From Camelus dromedarius (Eukaryota): DNA of 64,000 nt. Both the position numbers and the translations under genes were made by a program. Shown here one piece after another: positions 1-12,620 of the stretch (position 1 is the stretch's first letter; the number at the start of each line of letters is the position of its first letter). The notes under the pieces were generated by a model. The model was not told where the DNA came from, made no database searches, and worked only from the letters and a program-made list of their open reading frames with translations. Location of the stretch: assembly GCF_036321535.1 (NCBI RefSeq), contig NC_087436.1, positions 98,396,001 through 98,460,000 of the forward strand. The letters run 5' to 3'.

Positions 1-259
1 TAGTAGGTGAATTAACAATTTTAATCCTGAATGCACATTATGCCTTGCAGTGAATACGAGGCAAATTTCATCAAATAGCATCTTAATTTTGAAGTGTCAT
101 TAAAAAAAAAAAAACCTGGTAAAGTTATTTTAGAGTGTAAAAATGATGTAATCTAGAGGGAAAAACATCATGATATTTAACAACAGTTTTGATTTTAATA
201 AAGTCTCTGAAATTTATTGTACTGTCTTTGAAAACAAAGCATTAAGAAACAGAACATTA

Positions 260-376
260 AGAATGTAGAGTCAAATAGCCTGGGTTTGAACCCTCGTAGC
301 CTCTTTCTAGTGCTGTAATTTTGGATAAGCTATTCAACCTATTGGTAACTCATCCTTAAAATATGTACAAATGGTA
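260..376 (+). mobile_element. MIR SINE fragment
   Basis: 'gagtcaaatagcctgggtttgaaccc...tgctgtaattttggataagctattcaacct' resembles the MIR core (gcctgggttcgaatccc...tgtgaccttgggcaagttacttaacct). Confidence 0.75.
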
Positions 377-404
377 CGCAAAAGTATATGTTAAATTGGG
401 GGGC

Positions 405-2995
405 CTTTTGCTTCTGGTCAAAACGGAATAACAGGGACTGGATTTACCTTCCCGCCTCAAACCACTAAAAAACACACACAATACATTAAACATACTGGAA
501 ATTAGGCAACAAAAGACAATGGTCCCTGAGAAATGGGAACAAAATGAGATGAGCACTGTGATGTTTTCAATTCACCGCTTGGATGGGGCTTCCAGGCTGC
601 GGCACAAGGAGAGGAGCCTAGGAAAATCCTCCTCGAGGTGAGGAGAAGAGGCTTTGTTTTTGGAAGTCCAGAGCTGTTGGGATTTACAGAGGAAATCACT
701 GAAGAAAAGAAAGTGGCACAGAGAAAAAGTCCTGAAAATCCTCACTGGGTCTGGTTTGAGTCTTCAGGAGGATCAGCATTACTCTTCCTTGTACTATAAA
801 GGGCCTGGAGTAGTTCCCATTACAGCCAGCCACAGTGGAAATCCTCATAAGAAATGGGGCATCTGGTAGACTATTTAGAATTGTTTTCACTCAAGATTTG
901 GATAAAATTATCCTACCTGAAACATTAATCTTTTCCCATCTAACAAGGCTTAAAAACAACAAGTAACAGGATCAGACTAGTTCCAAGTTACTAGCTGAAT
1001 CCCAGAGCAAAAACTTGAGGATTTTCATAAGAAACCAAAAGTATTATGTGTATCTAAAGGTAAAATACAATGTCTGACACTGAACAAAAATTACTAGTTA
1101 TACAAGAAAGTAGAAATTGTGACCTGTGAGGAAAAGGAAAATAAGCAATCAAAACTGACTCGGAATTGAAAGAGATGGTTAAATTCATTAATAAAGACAT
1201 TAAAACAGTTATACAACTGAATTGTATATGTTCTAGAAGCTAAATGAAAAAAAAATGATCATATGAAGTAGAGAGTAGGAACATATAAGAAAGATTAAAG
1301 TGAAATTTCTAGAGATAAAAATTACAATATTTGAAATAAAATTATACAGCATGAGATTAACAGCAGATTAGACATTACATAAGGAAAGGCCAATGAACTT
1401 GAATAAACAGCAATAAAAATTATCCAAAATGAAATACAGAGAGCAGAAAGTATGTTAAAAAAAATCAACAGAGCATCAGTTAGTTGTGGGACAACTCCAA
1501 GTGGCTTATTATATATACAATTAGAATTCTTGAAGAAGGGGGAGCAGAAAAAATTTATTTTATAATAATGGCTAAAAATTAACCAAATGTGTTGAAACTA
1601 TAAATTCATATATCAAAGAAGTTAATTAAACCCAACCACAAGAAATATAGATTAAAAAATGCACAATTGAATTGCTTACAACCAGCAAAAGAGAGAAAAT
1701 CTTAAAAGCAAAAAGGAAACCTTGAAAGGAAAAAGGTACATGATGTGCAAAGGATAAAAGGTAAGAATGACAGCAAATTTTCATTAGCGGCAATGCAAAC
1801 CAAAAGACTGTTGTAGAGTTTGGGAACCTTCTACAATATTGCTCTCATTTCTGACACCAGTGTTAAGTGTGGGGCCCCCAAGATGATCTTCAGTTGATAA
1901 TTTACTCAAAGACTCACAAAACTCACTAAAACCTGTTATACTCACAGTTACTATTTCTTACAACAAAAGGATACGGATTAAAATCAGCTAATGAAGACAT
2001 TTATGAGACAGTCAGGAAAGTTCTACACTTGGAAATTCCAATTGCCTTCTCCCAGTAGATTTTCAGACAGCATTAACTTTCCAGGCAATGATATGTGACA
2101 ATAGGCAAACTATTGCCAAACGGAAAAGCTTTCAGCACCTTGGTGCTCAGAGATTTTGTTGGTACTTGGTCATGTGGACATGGCTAACAGCCTCCAGAGG
2201 TCAAGGCTGATACTGTGTGACCCAAAGCCTCCACCTTAAATCACATTGTTAGACTTTGGCATGGCCCCAAATGCCTAAGTGAAAAAAAAGACACTCTTAC
2301 CAGGAAGGATATTCCAAGGGTTTAGAGATTACCTTCTAGGAGCTGACAGACAGACTTCTCTTTGAGCTAGGTTAAATTGTTTTAGTGCAGTAGGTCAAGA
2401 TTTTTAAAGGATGCCAATCCAGAGTTCTACACCAGTGAAATTATCTTTTAAAAATGAGGCAGGGACCTATTCTGACAAACAAAATTGAAAGAATTTGTAA
2501 GTTGTAGTTCCACCTACAAGAAATGTTCACTGCAATCCTACAGGCAGAAAGAAAATGATGAAAGATGGTGTCTGGATCTACAAAAAGCAGTGAAGAGCAC
2601 CAGAAATGAGTAAATATGATCTTTTTCTTAATATTTAAATCCCTTTCAAAAATCATTAATTTTTAAAAGTATAAGTAAGAATATAATATGGGATTGATAA
2701 CATGTATATATAAAATGTATAACAATAGCACAAAAGTCCAGAGAAGGGAAATGGGAATACACTACTGCCTCACTTAACAGAGCTTAAAAAACAAGTGAAA
2801 GTCTCAAACTTTCATGACATAAGGTTGTCACGCTTTACGTGAAGTGCTAAACTATCATTGATGGGAGATTATGATAACCAAATTAAAGGTGAATAGCATA
2901 AATTCTAATGCATCTAACAAAACAGCACAAGGAAATGTTGCAGCTGATAAACCAATGAAGAATATCCAATCAAAAAATAATCCAAAATGCAGCAA
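405..2995 (+). mobile_element. Old LINE-1 5' portion (5'UTR, decayed ORF1, inter-ORF), interrupted by an LTR at 1812-2389
   Basis: A-rich ORF1-like tract (gagattaacagcagattagac..., aatgaacttgaa, gttgtgggacaactccaagtgg, aaagagagaaaatcttaaaagca). ORF1 C-terminal-like 'agagttctacaccagtgaaattatcttttaaaaatgagg' resumes after the LTR. No intact ORF. Confidence 0.8.
1812..2389 (-). mobile_element. MER21-like solo LTR inserted in L1 ORF1
   Basis: Reverse complement begins 'tgcactaaaacaatttaacctagctcaaagagaagtctg...gaaggtaatctctaaacccttggaatatccttcctggtaagagtg', similar to the remembered MER21C start. Contains 'gactcacaaaactcactaaaacctgttatactcacagttac'. Confidence 0.75.
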
Positions 2996-3004
2996 AATTC
3001 TATA

Positions 3005-3115
3005 TGAAGATACTACTTTCCTCGATATATAATTTAGAATTAAATGAGGTTATGTATTCAGAGTATTTAACAAGGTGTCTGCTTATTACATGGTAAAATT
3101 TTAATATGTTATTGT
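3005..3115 (+). mobile_element. MIR 3' fragment
   Basis: 'agaattaaatgaggttatgtattcagagtatttaacaaggtgtctg' resembles the MIR 3' region. Confidence 0.55.
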
Positions 3116-3434
3116 AAGTTATTTGTTTCAAGTTAATGTCATTACTTCCAAGCTTTAGCTGTTTCTTCGGCAAGCAAAAAAAAAAGTCCCATTGTGTGAT
3201 CTCTTAAATTAATCACAGTTTAAGTATTTTAGCATTCTGGCCAAGCTTCACTTTTGTAAATATCGTTTACCAACATGATAATTCATTTCAGCCTTGTACA
3301 CATACACATTAACCAACAAATTTGTGTCAGATCTCAGATTTTCACTCCAATTATTTGAAGCATATTAGTGATTTCTTGGACACTATTGGGTAAGTTTGAG
3401 AATAACTAGGAGGATAAAATATACAAAAATGAGC

Positions 3435-3973
3435 CGAAGCCTCAGGGTTCTGGGTGAGAGAAACCACAGTCAATGTCACTTAAGGAACCAATCTTGTGGG
3501 AAGCCTTGCCTCCACTAGTGGCACCTCATCTCCTGCTAACTTCCATTGCTGGATCCTGGTTATGCCACTATTGTACTTCCGCTGGATGGAATTATTCTTG
3601 GAGCCTGCTTCTTTAAATTATTCATTCAGTTAAAAATCTTGAATAAGATCAAGCAATTGAGTTGATTATTTGCATGTAGCTCTTTTGAATCTGTAGTGGT
3701 GTGTGCATGTGGAGGTGTGGCTGGGAGAGTCTTTTGGACTTCCCACCGTCGTAGTAGAAGATAGGCCTTCCCTTCCACCAATACTCATTCTTTGGAGAAC
3801 TGCTGAAAAGTACAGCACTTGCAGAAAGTTTAAACCCACAGAGAAAACTATAGCAGGATCCAGTTGATTTCATTCCATTTCCACCTTCAAATTCCAAATA
3901 CATCCTTCTTCCCATAACGACACTTCAAAAATAAAAAAAAAAATAAAATTTATTGTCCATAACATACTACTAC
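3435..3973 (-). mobile_element. Probable 3' LTR of the ERV-L remnant
   Basis: On the minus strand a purine run 'gggtgggg' is followed by 'tgtag' at about 3973. The far end reads 'gactgtggtttctctcacccagaaccctgag', typical of ERVL-class LTR 3' ends. Confidence 0.45.
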
Positions 3974-5357
3974 ACCCCACCCAACATGTGTTTACTCACC
4001 ACCCCCTCCTTCTTCAAAAGGAGAATACCTAAAATTTCAGCAAATACTGTGTCCATTTCCATGTTCCAGATTTTTTGATGACATGTACTCCTTTTCCATT
4101 TCTGCATTTGATCGCAGCTTTTCGTTGTGACACTGAACCTCTCAAACCTTCCTACAAGCCTTTCATTTCCAAGTAACACCCATGGGGCTGCAGTTACTCC
4201 CCTAGTGCAGTGACACAAACTTTCATTCCTGAGACCTCATGTTAGTGTATGGTTGAGGAGTCTTCCCATAAAATTGTACACTGGTCATTGGCAGAATGAT
4301 GGAAGACCAAAGAGTGTCCTTTTTGATCTTTTTATACTGCTTCCTGCTACTGTTTTAGTCATACCCTATCCCCGATTTTAGCCAGATTCAGTCACCTGAC
4401 ACATCGCCAGTCCATCCCCCTCCCTGCCTTTTTTTCTTCTGTATATTCAAGAGATGAGAAGCCCAAAAGACCTGGGTGGAATCTTACCTTCCAAATTAAT
4501 CGGAACAGTATTGTCTCCCGTGGGAAGCATTCCTCCCTTAATTACTAAAACAGTTAACTCAATAGCATCTCTGGATTCTGGGAAAGGAGACAGTAATTTT
4601 GAGAAAGGATCATTAGAGAAAGTCATGACATGTTTTTCTTCATTTCCACTCCTTTTGTTATGTACTCGGGTATTTGAAACAAGGGGAAAGCAGCACCTGT
4701 TTGCCCAGAGCATCCTGAAGGACAGCACCCCAAACCTACATTGAATCCTAAATAGAACATCCCATCTTTTTCATGAGTTAGCCTCACTCTATGAACTGGA
4801 ACATGAGAAGAACAGTGCTTTCCGTGGGCATAAGCTATGGCCTTAATTATTTCACTGACGTTACTTTCCTTTTCAGTGGTGTGGTTGGATGGGTTATCAG
4901 GATAACATAAAAAGTATACCACACATGACAACATGCAGAATGAAAAAGTCTCTTTATGATAGAAAAGGGTGATCAATCTGCCATTTCCTTGTAGAGGAAT
5001 ATAATATTTCATTGCCTGCTTTACTTTAGTCACTGCTGCTAGAAAAGTAGGTCCCTTTAAAGGTGATAACCAGTTTTACCTTATGTAAAGAATGCATGCC
5101 TTCCAGCTCTTCCAAAACCTCCACCTGTATCACTATAATTGCATCATTATTGAATTCATTGAGCAAAAATGAGATAGCTGTGGAAGAAGGCTGACTTGCA
5201 TACACAGAAAGGTCATTTTGTCCCTCTCTACTGGGGTCTCTTGTAATCGTTCAAATAGGTAAGTATTTTCATTCCTGTGTCCATGAAAAAGGTAATTTTA
5301 CTTTTTCCCCTCAAATTTTCATCAGCCAATTGACAATCTTCCTCTTGCTCTTTCTTT
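3974..5357 (-). mobile_element. Decayed ERV-L internal region: integrase core and downstream dUTPase-like segment
   Basis: ORF 4623-5033(-) contains AYAHGKHCSSHVPVH, compared with ERV-L IN WAHAHGIHWSYHVPHH. ORF 4447-4728(-) contains VLVIKGGMLPTGDNTVPINLEGKIPPRSFGLL, compared with ERV-L VLVPKGGMLPPGDTTMIPLNWKLRLPPGHFGLL. Frameshifted. Confidence 0.8.
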
Positions 5358-5374
5358 TACAAACATAACTTTTT

Positions 5375-6872
5375 TTAAATCAAAGTATATTTAAATATAA
5401 TATGTAAGTTACAGGTGTACAATATAGTGGTTCACAATTTTTAAAGGTTATGCTCTATTTTTACTTGTTATAGAAAATTTGCCATATTCCCCATGTTGTA
5501 CAATATATCTTTATAGCTTATTTTAAACCTAATAGTTTGTACCTCTCAATCCCCTGCTCCTATACTATATTGCCCATCCCTCCCTCTCCCTACTAGTAAC
5601 TACTAGTTTGTTCTCTATATCTGTGAGTCTGCTTCTTCATTGTTATATTCACTAGTTTGTTGTATTTTTACACATATAAGTGATTATACATATAAGTGAT
5701 ATACAGTATCTGTCCTTTTCTGTCTGTCTTATTTCACTTAGCATAATGCCCTCCAGGTCCATTTGTGTTACTACAAATGGCAAAATTTCATTCTTTTTAT
5801 GGCTAAGTGGTATTCTGTTGTATAAATATATCACATCTTCCTTATCCATTCATCTGTCGATTTCTTATCTTGGCAATTGTAAATAGTGTCACTATGAACA
5901 TTAGAGTGCATGCATCTTTTCCGATCAATGTTTTTGTTTTTGTTTTTAGATATATACCTAGGAGTGGAATTGCTGGGTCACATGGTAGTTCTATTTTTAG
6001 TTTTTTGAGAAACTTCCATACTGTTTGCCACAGTGGCTGCACCAATTTACATTCCCGCCAATAGTGTAAGAGGGTTCCCTCTTCTCCATACCATCGCCGA
6101 CATTTGTTATTTGTGTTCTTGCAGATGATAGCCATTCTGACAGGTGTGAGGTGATGTTGTGGTTTTGATTTGCATTTCTGTAATAATTACAGCTGTTGAG
6201 CATCTTTTTATGTGCCTGTTGGCCCTCTGCATTTCCTCTTTGGAAAAGAGTCTATTGTAAATGTCTGTTTAGTTCTTCTGCCCATTTTTAAAATCAGTTT
6301 TTTTTTGATGTTGTATGAGCTGTTTATATATGTTGAATATTAACCCCTTATCAGTCATATCACTTGCACATATTTTCCCCCATTCAGTAGATTGTCTTTT
6401 CGTTTTGTCAGTGGTTTCCTTTGCTGTGCAAAAGCTTGTTAGTTTAATTGGGTCTCATCTACTTATGTTTGCTTTTATTTCCTTTGTTTTAGGATAAGTA
6501 TCCAGAAAAACATTGCTACAATTTATGTCAGAGTGTTCTGCCTATGTTTTCCTCTAGGAGTTTTATGGGATCTAATCTTATGTTTAGGTCTTTAATCCAT
6601 TTTGAGTTTATTTTTCTATATGGTGTTAGAGAATGTTCTAATTTCATTCTTTTATATGTAGCTGTCCAGTTTTCTCAGCACCACTTATTGAAGAGACCAT
6701 CTTTTCTCCATTGTATATTCTTGCCTCCTTTATTGAGGATCAATTAACCGTAAGTGCATGAGTTTATTTATGGGCTCTCTATTCTGTTCCATTGATCTGT
6801 GTGTGTGTTTTTGTGCCAGTACCATGCTATTTTAATTACTGTAGCTTTGTATCATAATCTGAAGTCAGGGGG
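5375..6872 (-). mobile_element. 5'-truncated LINE-1 (ORF2 3' end plus 3'UTR) inserted into the ERV-L
   Basis: ORF 5842-6135(-) [43 protein letters not shown] is the L1 ORF2 C-terminus. T tract at the left end. Decayed TSD tacaaacataacttttt (5358-5374) / tacaaagacaaattttt (6873-6889), 14/17 identical. Confidence 0.95.
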
Positions 6873-6889
6873 TACAAAGACAAATTTTT

Positions 6890-7330
6890 GAAGGGTCCAG
6901 AAAGTCAGTGGGACACAAACCTCTATTTGCTGGACATAACCATTTCAAATATGTTCTCAGGAATTATTAAAACAAGATTGGTTGGTGTTCCATTAGTCCT
7001 GATTGTCATAATTCTTCAGTTTAACCAATGGAATGTAGCAAGTAGTAGCCTTTGGATCCCCAGGAATCAATATCAGTTTTCAGGAAAGACTGGAGTATTT
7101 TCCATCCATAGTTTACAGTAAAACCTAGTAAATAGCTGTAAGTCATCATCATTCAAATCATTCTTTATCTGTAAACTGGCTGGGATTGGATCTTGGAATT
7201 GAGTGGCAGCCATGGTCCTCTACCATGGTGGCTCAAAGCCTTGTTTACTCTCCAACCTGATTTTTGTTTGCCTGTTTTTAAAAGTAATGTAGGACCTTAT
7301 TAGACTGTCCATCTATTTTATTCTGATTAC
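6890..7330 (-). mobile_element. ERV-L internal continuation (protease region)
   Basis: Minus strand at about 7055-7080 'ctgatattgattcctggggatccaaag' translates to LILIPGDPK, compared with ERV-L protease-region LTLIPGDPK. Confidence 0.55.
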
Positions 7331-7619
7331 ATGAGAAAATACCCCAAACCAAAAATCAGTGTAAGTCATAATTTTAGTTTACTCTACTGTCTCTCTTGCC
7401 TATTATGTAATTGTTCAAATAATACTTCTAGCAAGTAAACATTATTACTTTCCTTTTAACATCTAAGGATTTAATTTCATATCCACTGAAATCTCTGGTC
7501 TAAAATACTTCCCAAATGTTATTACATCCCTCCTCTGTATATTTCTTGGGGTCTTCACAAAGATTTGTTCACTTTCCTTCTTGTGATTTGTCATCATAAT
7601 CATTATAAGTAACAGCATG

Positions 7620-7760
7620 ATTATTGCTGATACAGTTATATATAGCTAAATATGTACTAGGACATTTCTCAGCTTTTTAATGATATTAACTTACTTGTTT
7701 CTCACAATAATCCTATGAGAAAAATACTGTTAAAAACCCATTTTATAAAGAGGAAATGCG
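7620..7760 (-). mobile_element. MIR fragment
   Basis: 'ctcacaataatcctatgaga...cccattttataaagaggaaa' is the MIR core in reverse. Confidence 0.75.
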
Positions 7761-8019
7761 ATGACTTACAAAAAGTTATTTATTTGAGAAATAGTTGAAC
7801 ATGTCATATACATGTCATCTCACACTCTTTGGATTCTTCCCTTTACTAATATCAAGGAATGTTTGGCATCTCATCTAATTTGCTTGGTGCCATAGGTGAA
7901 TCTAGGTTTCAGTCAACCAACCAAGCAAACAATTAAAACCACTCCCAGCTGTTCCAGTTTGCTCATTAAGGGAAAAACACAGAAACAAAAACAAAAACCA
8001 GAAAACTCTCTCTGAGTTA

Positions 8020-8150
8020 GTGAATCCCAACTTTGGCTGCACATTATAATTACCTGGGGAGCTTATAAAAATTATTGATGACAAGGCCACACCTCAAACT
8101 AATTAAATCTGTCTCTTAGGTGGATACTTAAGTATAGGTTTTAAAGGATT
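8020..8150. mobile_element. MER5-like hAT-Charlie DNA transposon fragment
   Basis: 'caactttggctgcacattataattacctggggagctt...ggccacacctcaaactaattaaatctg' resembles MER5A. Confidence 0.7.
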
Positions 8151-8859
8151 TTCTAGAAAGGCAGAAACAGGCTGATCAAATAGATAATAAATGATTACTT
8201 TTCAGGGATAAGAGGATGAGTTGGAGTGTGGATAAGCAAAGTCTTTGGGATCTTTCAAATACATGATTCTGATTTTAAGACTATTTCCCAGTATTTCACA
8301 GTGTATATCCTATTACATTAAACATCTGGTAAGACTGTGAGTTCAATTGATGATAGTCACCCATCGGTAGGAACAAATTATGCATTTGGATTTTTGTTAA
8401 TCAGCCCTGTAGCTGCAAGAGATAGAAGACTATTTTAGCACAGATATAACATGTCTCAAGGCTTCAGTCCACAATACTTTCAAAGCTGTGTTTATCTTTT
8501 ACAGGTAGCCCCTCAAATCCACAGTCCTTGAATACCTGGTACCCTTTATTCTCTATGGCAGCCAACAAACACTTGTGCCCCAGAGGTTTGCCTTTAATGG
8601 ACAGTTCATTCTATGTGCCCATTAGCAATACTTTATTTGCTATTTCATAACTTTATGCCATAGGATGCCATAGGATTAAAATTAGTATTTTAATACTAAT
8701 TGGCTTCTTATTGCCTTTAGCACTAACTAAGCCACTTAACTAATCGAGCCCAGATTAGTTCCCTTCCTTTTTCCTGAGGTTCTCTTTTTACAATCCTAGT
8801 ATATTTCAATTCATCATATTGCAAAAATTAGAAAGAGCTTTTCATTAACTTAAACAGAT

Positions 8860-9095
8860 TGCTTCTCAAATATCTCTCCCTAAAGATTTTTCTTGATCAA
8901 CTTTTCTAGCACAAGTCCTGTATTTTTCTTCTTCCATAATTATACCCCCTCATATTTGTTTATTTTTTATTTCTTCTTAATTATAAACTGTCTCTTCCAC
9001 TGGATTCATGATGATAAGATAAATGCCTGATTTGTTCGTATCTACATCTCAGATACCCAGAGCAATTCCTAGTACATGATTATGCTCAATCATGT
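8860..9095 (+). mobile_element. L2 3' end
   Basis: 'tgtctcttccactggat...agcaattcctagtacatgattatgctcaat' resembles the L2 terminus. A (CA)n run follows at about 9099-9115. Confidence 0.6.
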
Positions 9096-9169
9096 TTTAC
9101 ACACACACACACACAGAACACATATGCAGATGCATAATTTATTAGGTGTCCTGGAAGATAGTCTCAAAA

Positions 9170-9420
9170 GATATTTAACAGCAATTCCTTCTTTCCCTAT
9201 ACCTAGATTCCACTCTTTGCATCAAGAAGTATAGTCCATTTTCCCTCCCCATGAACACAGACTGGCCTTATGACTTGCTTTGACTTACAGATTGCAAAGG
9301 TGGTGAAGTTGTGCAAATTCCACTCCTAGACCTTAAGAGTTCTGATACCTCTGCTTCTGTTCTCATAGAACCCAGCTCCCATCTTATAAGGGAATTCTGC
9401 TAGAGAGATAGGCCCATGAA
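9170..9420 (+). mobile_element. MLT1-type (MaLR) LTR fragment
   Basis: 'catcaagaagtatagtccattttccctccccatgaa...ggccttatgacttgctttgac...ctagaccttaagag' resembles old MLT1 subfamilies. Confidence 0.7.
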
Positions 9421-9879
9421 GATAAAAAAAGATAGTAGTAAGAATAAATACTATAAAGTATTTCCAAAACACTAGCAAGTTCAGAATTGGGGGTAGGAGT
9501 AGGAAAAAAAGAAAAGCAATGTCTACTACAGGTACAATTTGAAAATATAAATATATTTTATATTCTGTTTTCATATATTATTTAATATTTTTTGGAAGTT
9601 AAGTTTCTAAAACTAATGTTAAGTATACATAAGCTACTAAAATTCATTTTCACAATTTTTGTAGCTATGTTCTACTCTCTGAACCAAACTAACTTTAAGG
9701 TTAACAGATTATTTCAAATAGTACAAAAGATGCCTTACTAATCATTACTTTTTAGATGCCACTAATTACAGTTTTTCTCACTGTTATATGACTGATTAAT
9801 TACATAAAAATGAGTTTGAAACACTTCCCACCTGCATGTAAACAAAAATTGGGTGGTGCACAGGGAGTAAACAGGAAGC

Positions 9880-10560
9880 AGATACGCTCTCTCCACTGAA
9901 ATTGTTGACACTCTAATGTGGAAATAAGCAAGTAATCAGTCTTGGTAGCACAATATGATAAGTATATTGATTGGAAACAGAGGTGCCATGGGACTTCTAG
10001 GAAGGGCACTTTGGTCGGGTTTGGGATTTAGAGAAAGTCACTAAAGGAGAGATCAGTGATTAACAAAGTAAAAGTGGTAGGGGGTGAAAGGTGAGGGAAT
10101 AAGGCAGGTAAGGACATACACACACGCGGTGGCCCACAGTGGTTGGATCACAAGGCATAAAATGTTGAGCAATATAAGAGGGTCAAATTGTAAGGAACCT
10201 CCTAAAAGTAGTTGTCAAGAGTTTGGACATTATTCTGACTGTGATGGGAAATTATATGAGGGTCTTAGACAGAAAAGAGACATAATTATGTCTGTAAATT
10301 TAAAAATAAAACCTTTCTACAGGGTGGAGTGTAAACTGGTGAAAGGTAGGACTGAAAAAAAGCTGTTGCATCAATCCAGGCAAGAAAGAATGATCACCTA
10401 ATATAAAGCAGCAACAGTGAGGGTAAACATTGACATGAATGATTGTCCTATTTTAAGGAGGTAAAAATCTATCAATTTTGGTGATTAGATGTAGGAAGTA
10501 AAAGAGATGAAGGGGCAAGGATGATATTCAGATTTCTGGCTTGTGTAACTGCGTGTATTA
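9880..10560 (-). mobile_element. L2 fragment
   Basis: 'gagtttggacattattctgactgtgatgggaa...gcaaggatgatattcagatttctggcttgtgtaactg' is L2 in antisense. Confidence 0.75.
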
Positions 10561-11464
10561 TCTTGAATTTAATCATGCAAGAAACTGACGTAAGGAGTGT
10601 AGTTTCTCCATAAAGTTTTGTATCTTTATTGGATTCAAATATCTCATTGAACATATTCATTCAAACTTACTCTAGTGCTTGGGTAGATGAGTGACTGTCT
10701 ACCACACACAAGTAGATCTGTGCCTCATGGATCTTAAAAATCCCCATAGAGAAGTTCTGTCTTCTTTGATTTTTTTTTTTTCACTGTCATACACTATCTC
10801 ATAATTATGGACAAGATTCATTTTTCGTGATTCTTTGTGAGTTCTTAGATTGACTATCTAAGTTTTTCTTAGACTATGTCAAAATTCTAACGAGGGAGTG
10901 AATAAGGCAAACTCACCTTTGTCTTCTCCTTAGGTCTACATGAAATAATAGTTAGTTCTCCGCAAATGGACTAAATAAATTTACCTTGTAATGTTTTATT
11001 CAATAACCTCTTTACACTATTATATATCTTTCATGTGGTTAAAAATTTTGAGCTACACAGTTTTTTCTTTTAAAATATTGTATTCTGATGTCTAATTATT
11101 ATCCTATTGTATGGAAATATAAAAGTTTAATAAATATATACAATTTCATTTTCAAGAGAAACACGATTTACAAATAAATAAGTGTAGTTGAAGTTTTGAA
11201 ACAAAAGGAAAAAAATGACAAGTGCACTCTAAATTCTTAAGAGAACTTGTATAGGTTATATGTTTAATCTTAAAGAAACTATTTAGAACAAGCTTAGTGT
11301 TCTGTGGCACTTATCTGTTATTACCATAACAAGTGATTGTTGAAAACCATTTCCTGTTCCTCTGAAACATTATTAAAATAGAGAAAGTCTTTCTACTCTG
11401 AGAATTCTTGTAGTAATATTGTAGGGATTATTAAGTTGCTTTCACTACTCAAAAGAATTACTTT

Positions 11465-12620
11465 ACCGATGCTGATAACTTCCAGATTTGCATCTCTAGC
11501 CAAGATCCCTACTAAATACTGGATTCACACGTCCATTTGGATGTTCAGATGGATATTTCACAAGAACATCAACTTTAATAGCATGCCTAAATTTGGAAAG
11601 TTGACGAATTCTCTAGTTTTTTTTTTTTTTTTTTTCTGATGAAAGCATCTATCCTACACCCAATAACTTTTGGACAGTGGGAACACATCAGTTTTTCTTT
11701 AGGAACTCATGTCAGCAAACTTCTGTTGTCTTAGATTTCTCTCTCTCTCTCTTCCTCGCTCTCTTTCTTTGCTCCTTAAAAAAATCTCATTTCTTAAGGA
11801 TCCTTTACTATAATAATGTTTCTATTTTTTTTTCTTTATAGTTGCTATTTGTCTAGTTAAGAATTTATTATTTATCACTTCATCTATTCCAGCCTTCTTA
11901 GTTGGAAATTTTGCTTTGCTCCTTTCCAAGTTAGCCTTTACAATTCCTCCACAATGATCACTCTCAACAGGGAAAGCTAATCATGATAAAACTATCCCCA
12001 GTCAATAATCTTCATTGTTTTACAGTTACTTAAAGAGTGTAACCCAGTTCCCTCACACAATAAAAAGATCCCATGTTGGCCACACTTCATTACATGCTCT
12101 TGTTGAACTCCTCTTCATGCCAATATATCTGTCGTCAACTTTATCAGAAAGATTTTACATTAGTTGCTTGGGTGCATGGGTGGGGATGCCTATACTTTAT
12201 TTAAGTTTCAACTCAATGCCTTTCTGATTCTCCTTTCTGGCCCACTTATATACTTTCCCCCCAAATTTTCCAGTGCATTTTTTACAAATCTTTTTTTTTA
12301 ATTTTAATATATTTTAAATGCTGGAACATGTATATATGGGTGTTTGTATATATGTACACATTATATAATATAGGTATATGCATACACATGTATATATACA
12401 GACGTATTTTACTATATTACATATATGTATGTGTGTATCTATGCATCTATATACATTTAATATAATTATATACAACAAGTTTATTGAGTTCAAAGTCTAG
12501 AGTTTTTGGAGGGAAGGTGGTTGTTTGTCTTTTCTTATTGTTTGACCTCTTAGAGCCCAGGACAATGCCTGCCGTATAATATGCATATAAGTGTTAAGTG
12601 AATGAGTAAATCAGTGAATT
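11465..12620 (+). mobile_element. L2 fragment(s) with an internal TA-rich simple repeat
   Basis: 'atgctgataacttccagatttgcatctctagcc...tccatttggatgtt' and the terminus 'caatgcctgccgtataatatgc...tgaatgagtaaat'. Confidence 0.7.

Noticed and set aside
260..310. tRNA-like B-box (GGTTTGAACCC)
   Set aside because: It is part of the tRNA-derived MIR head, with no cloverleaf.
3510..3526. CCACTAGTGGCAC as a CTCF site
   Set aside because: One base short of the core spacing. It is simply a 10-bp palindrome (CCACTAGTGG).
8655..8701. Tandem ATGCCATAGG x2 and an adjacent AATTAGTATT/AATACTAATT hairpin
   Set aside because: Short, AT-rich arms and a slippage-type duplication, expected by chance.
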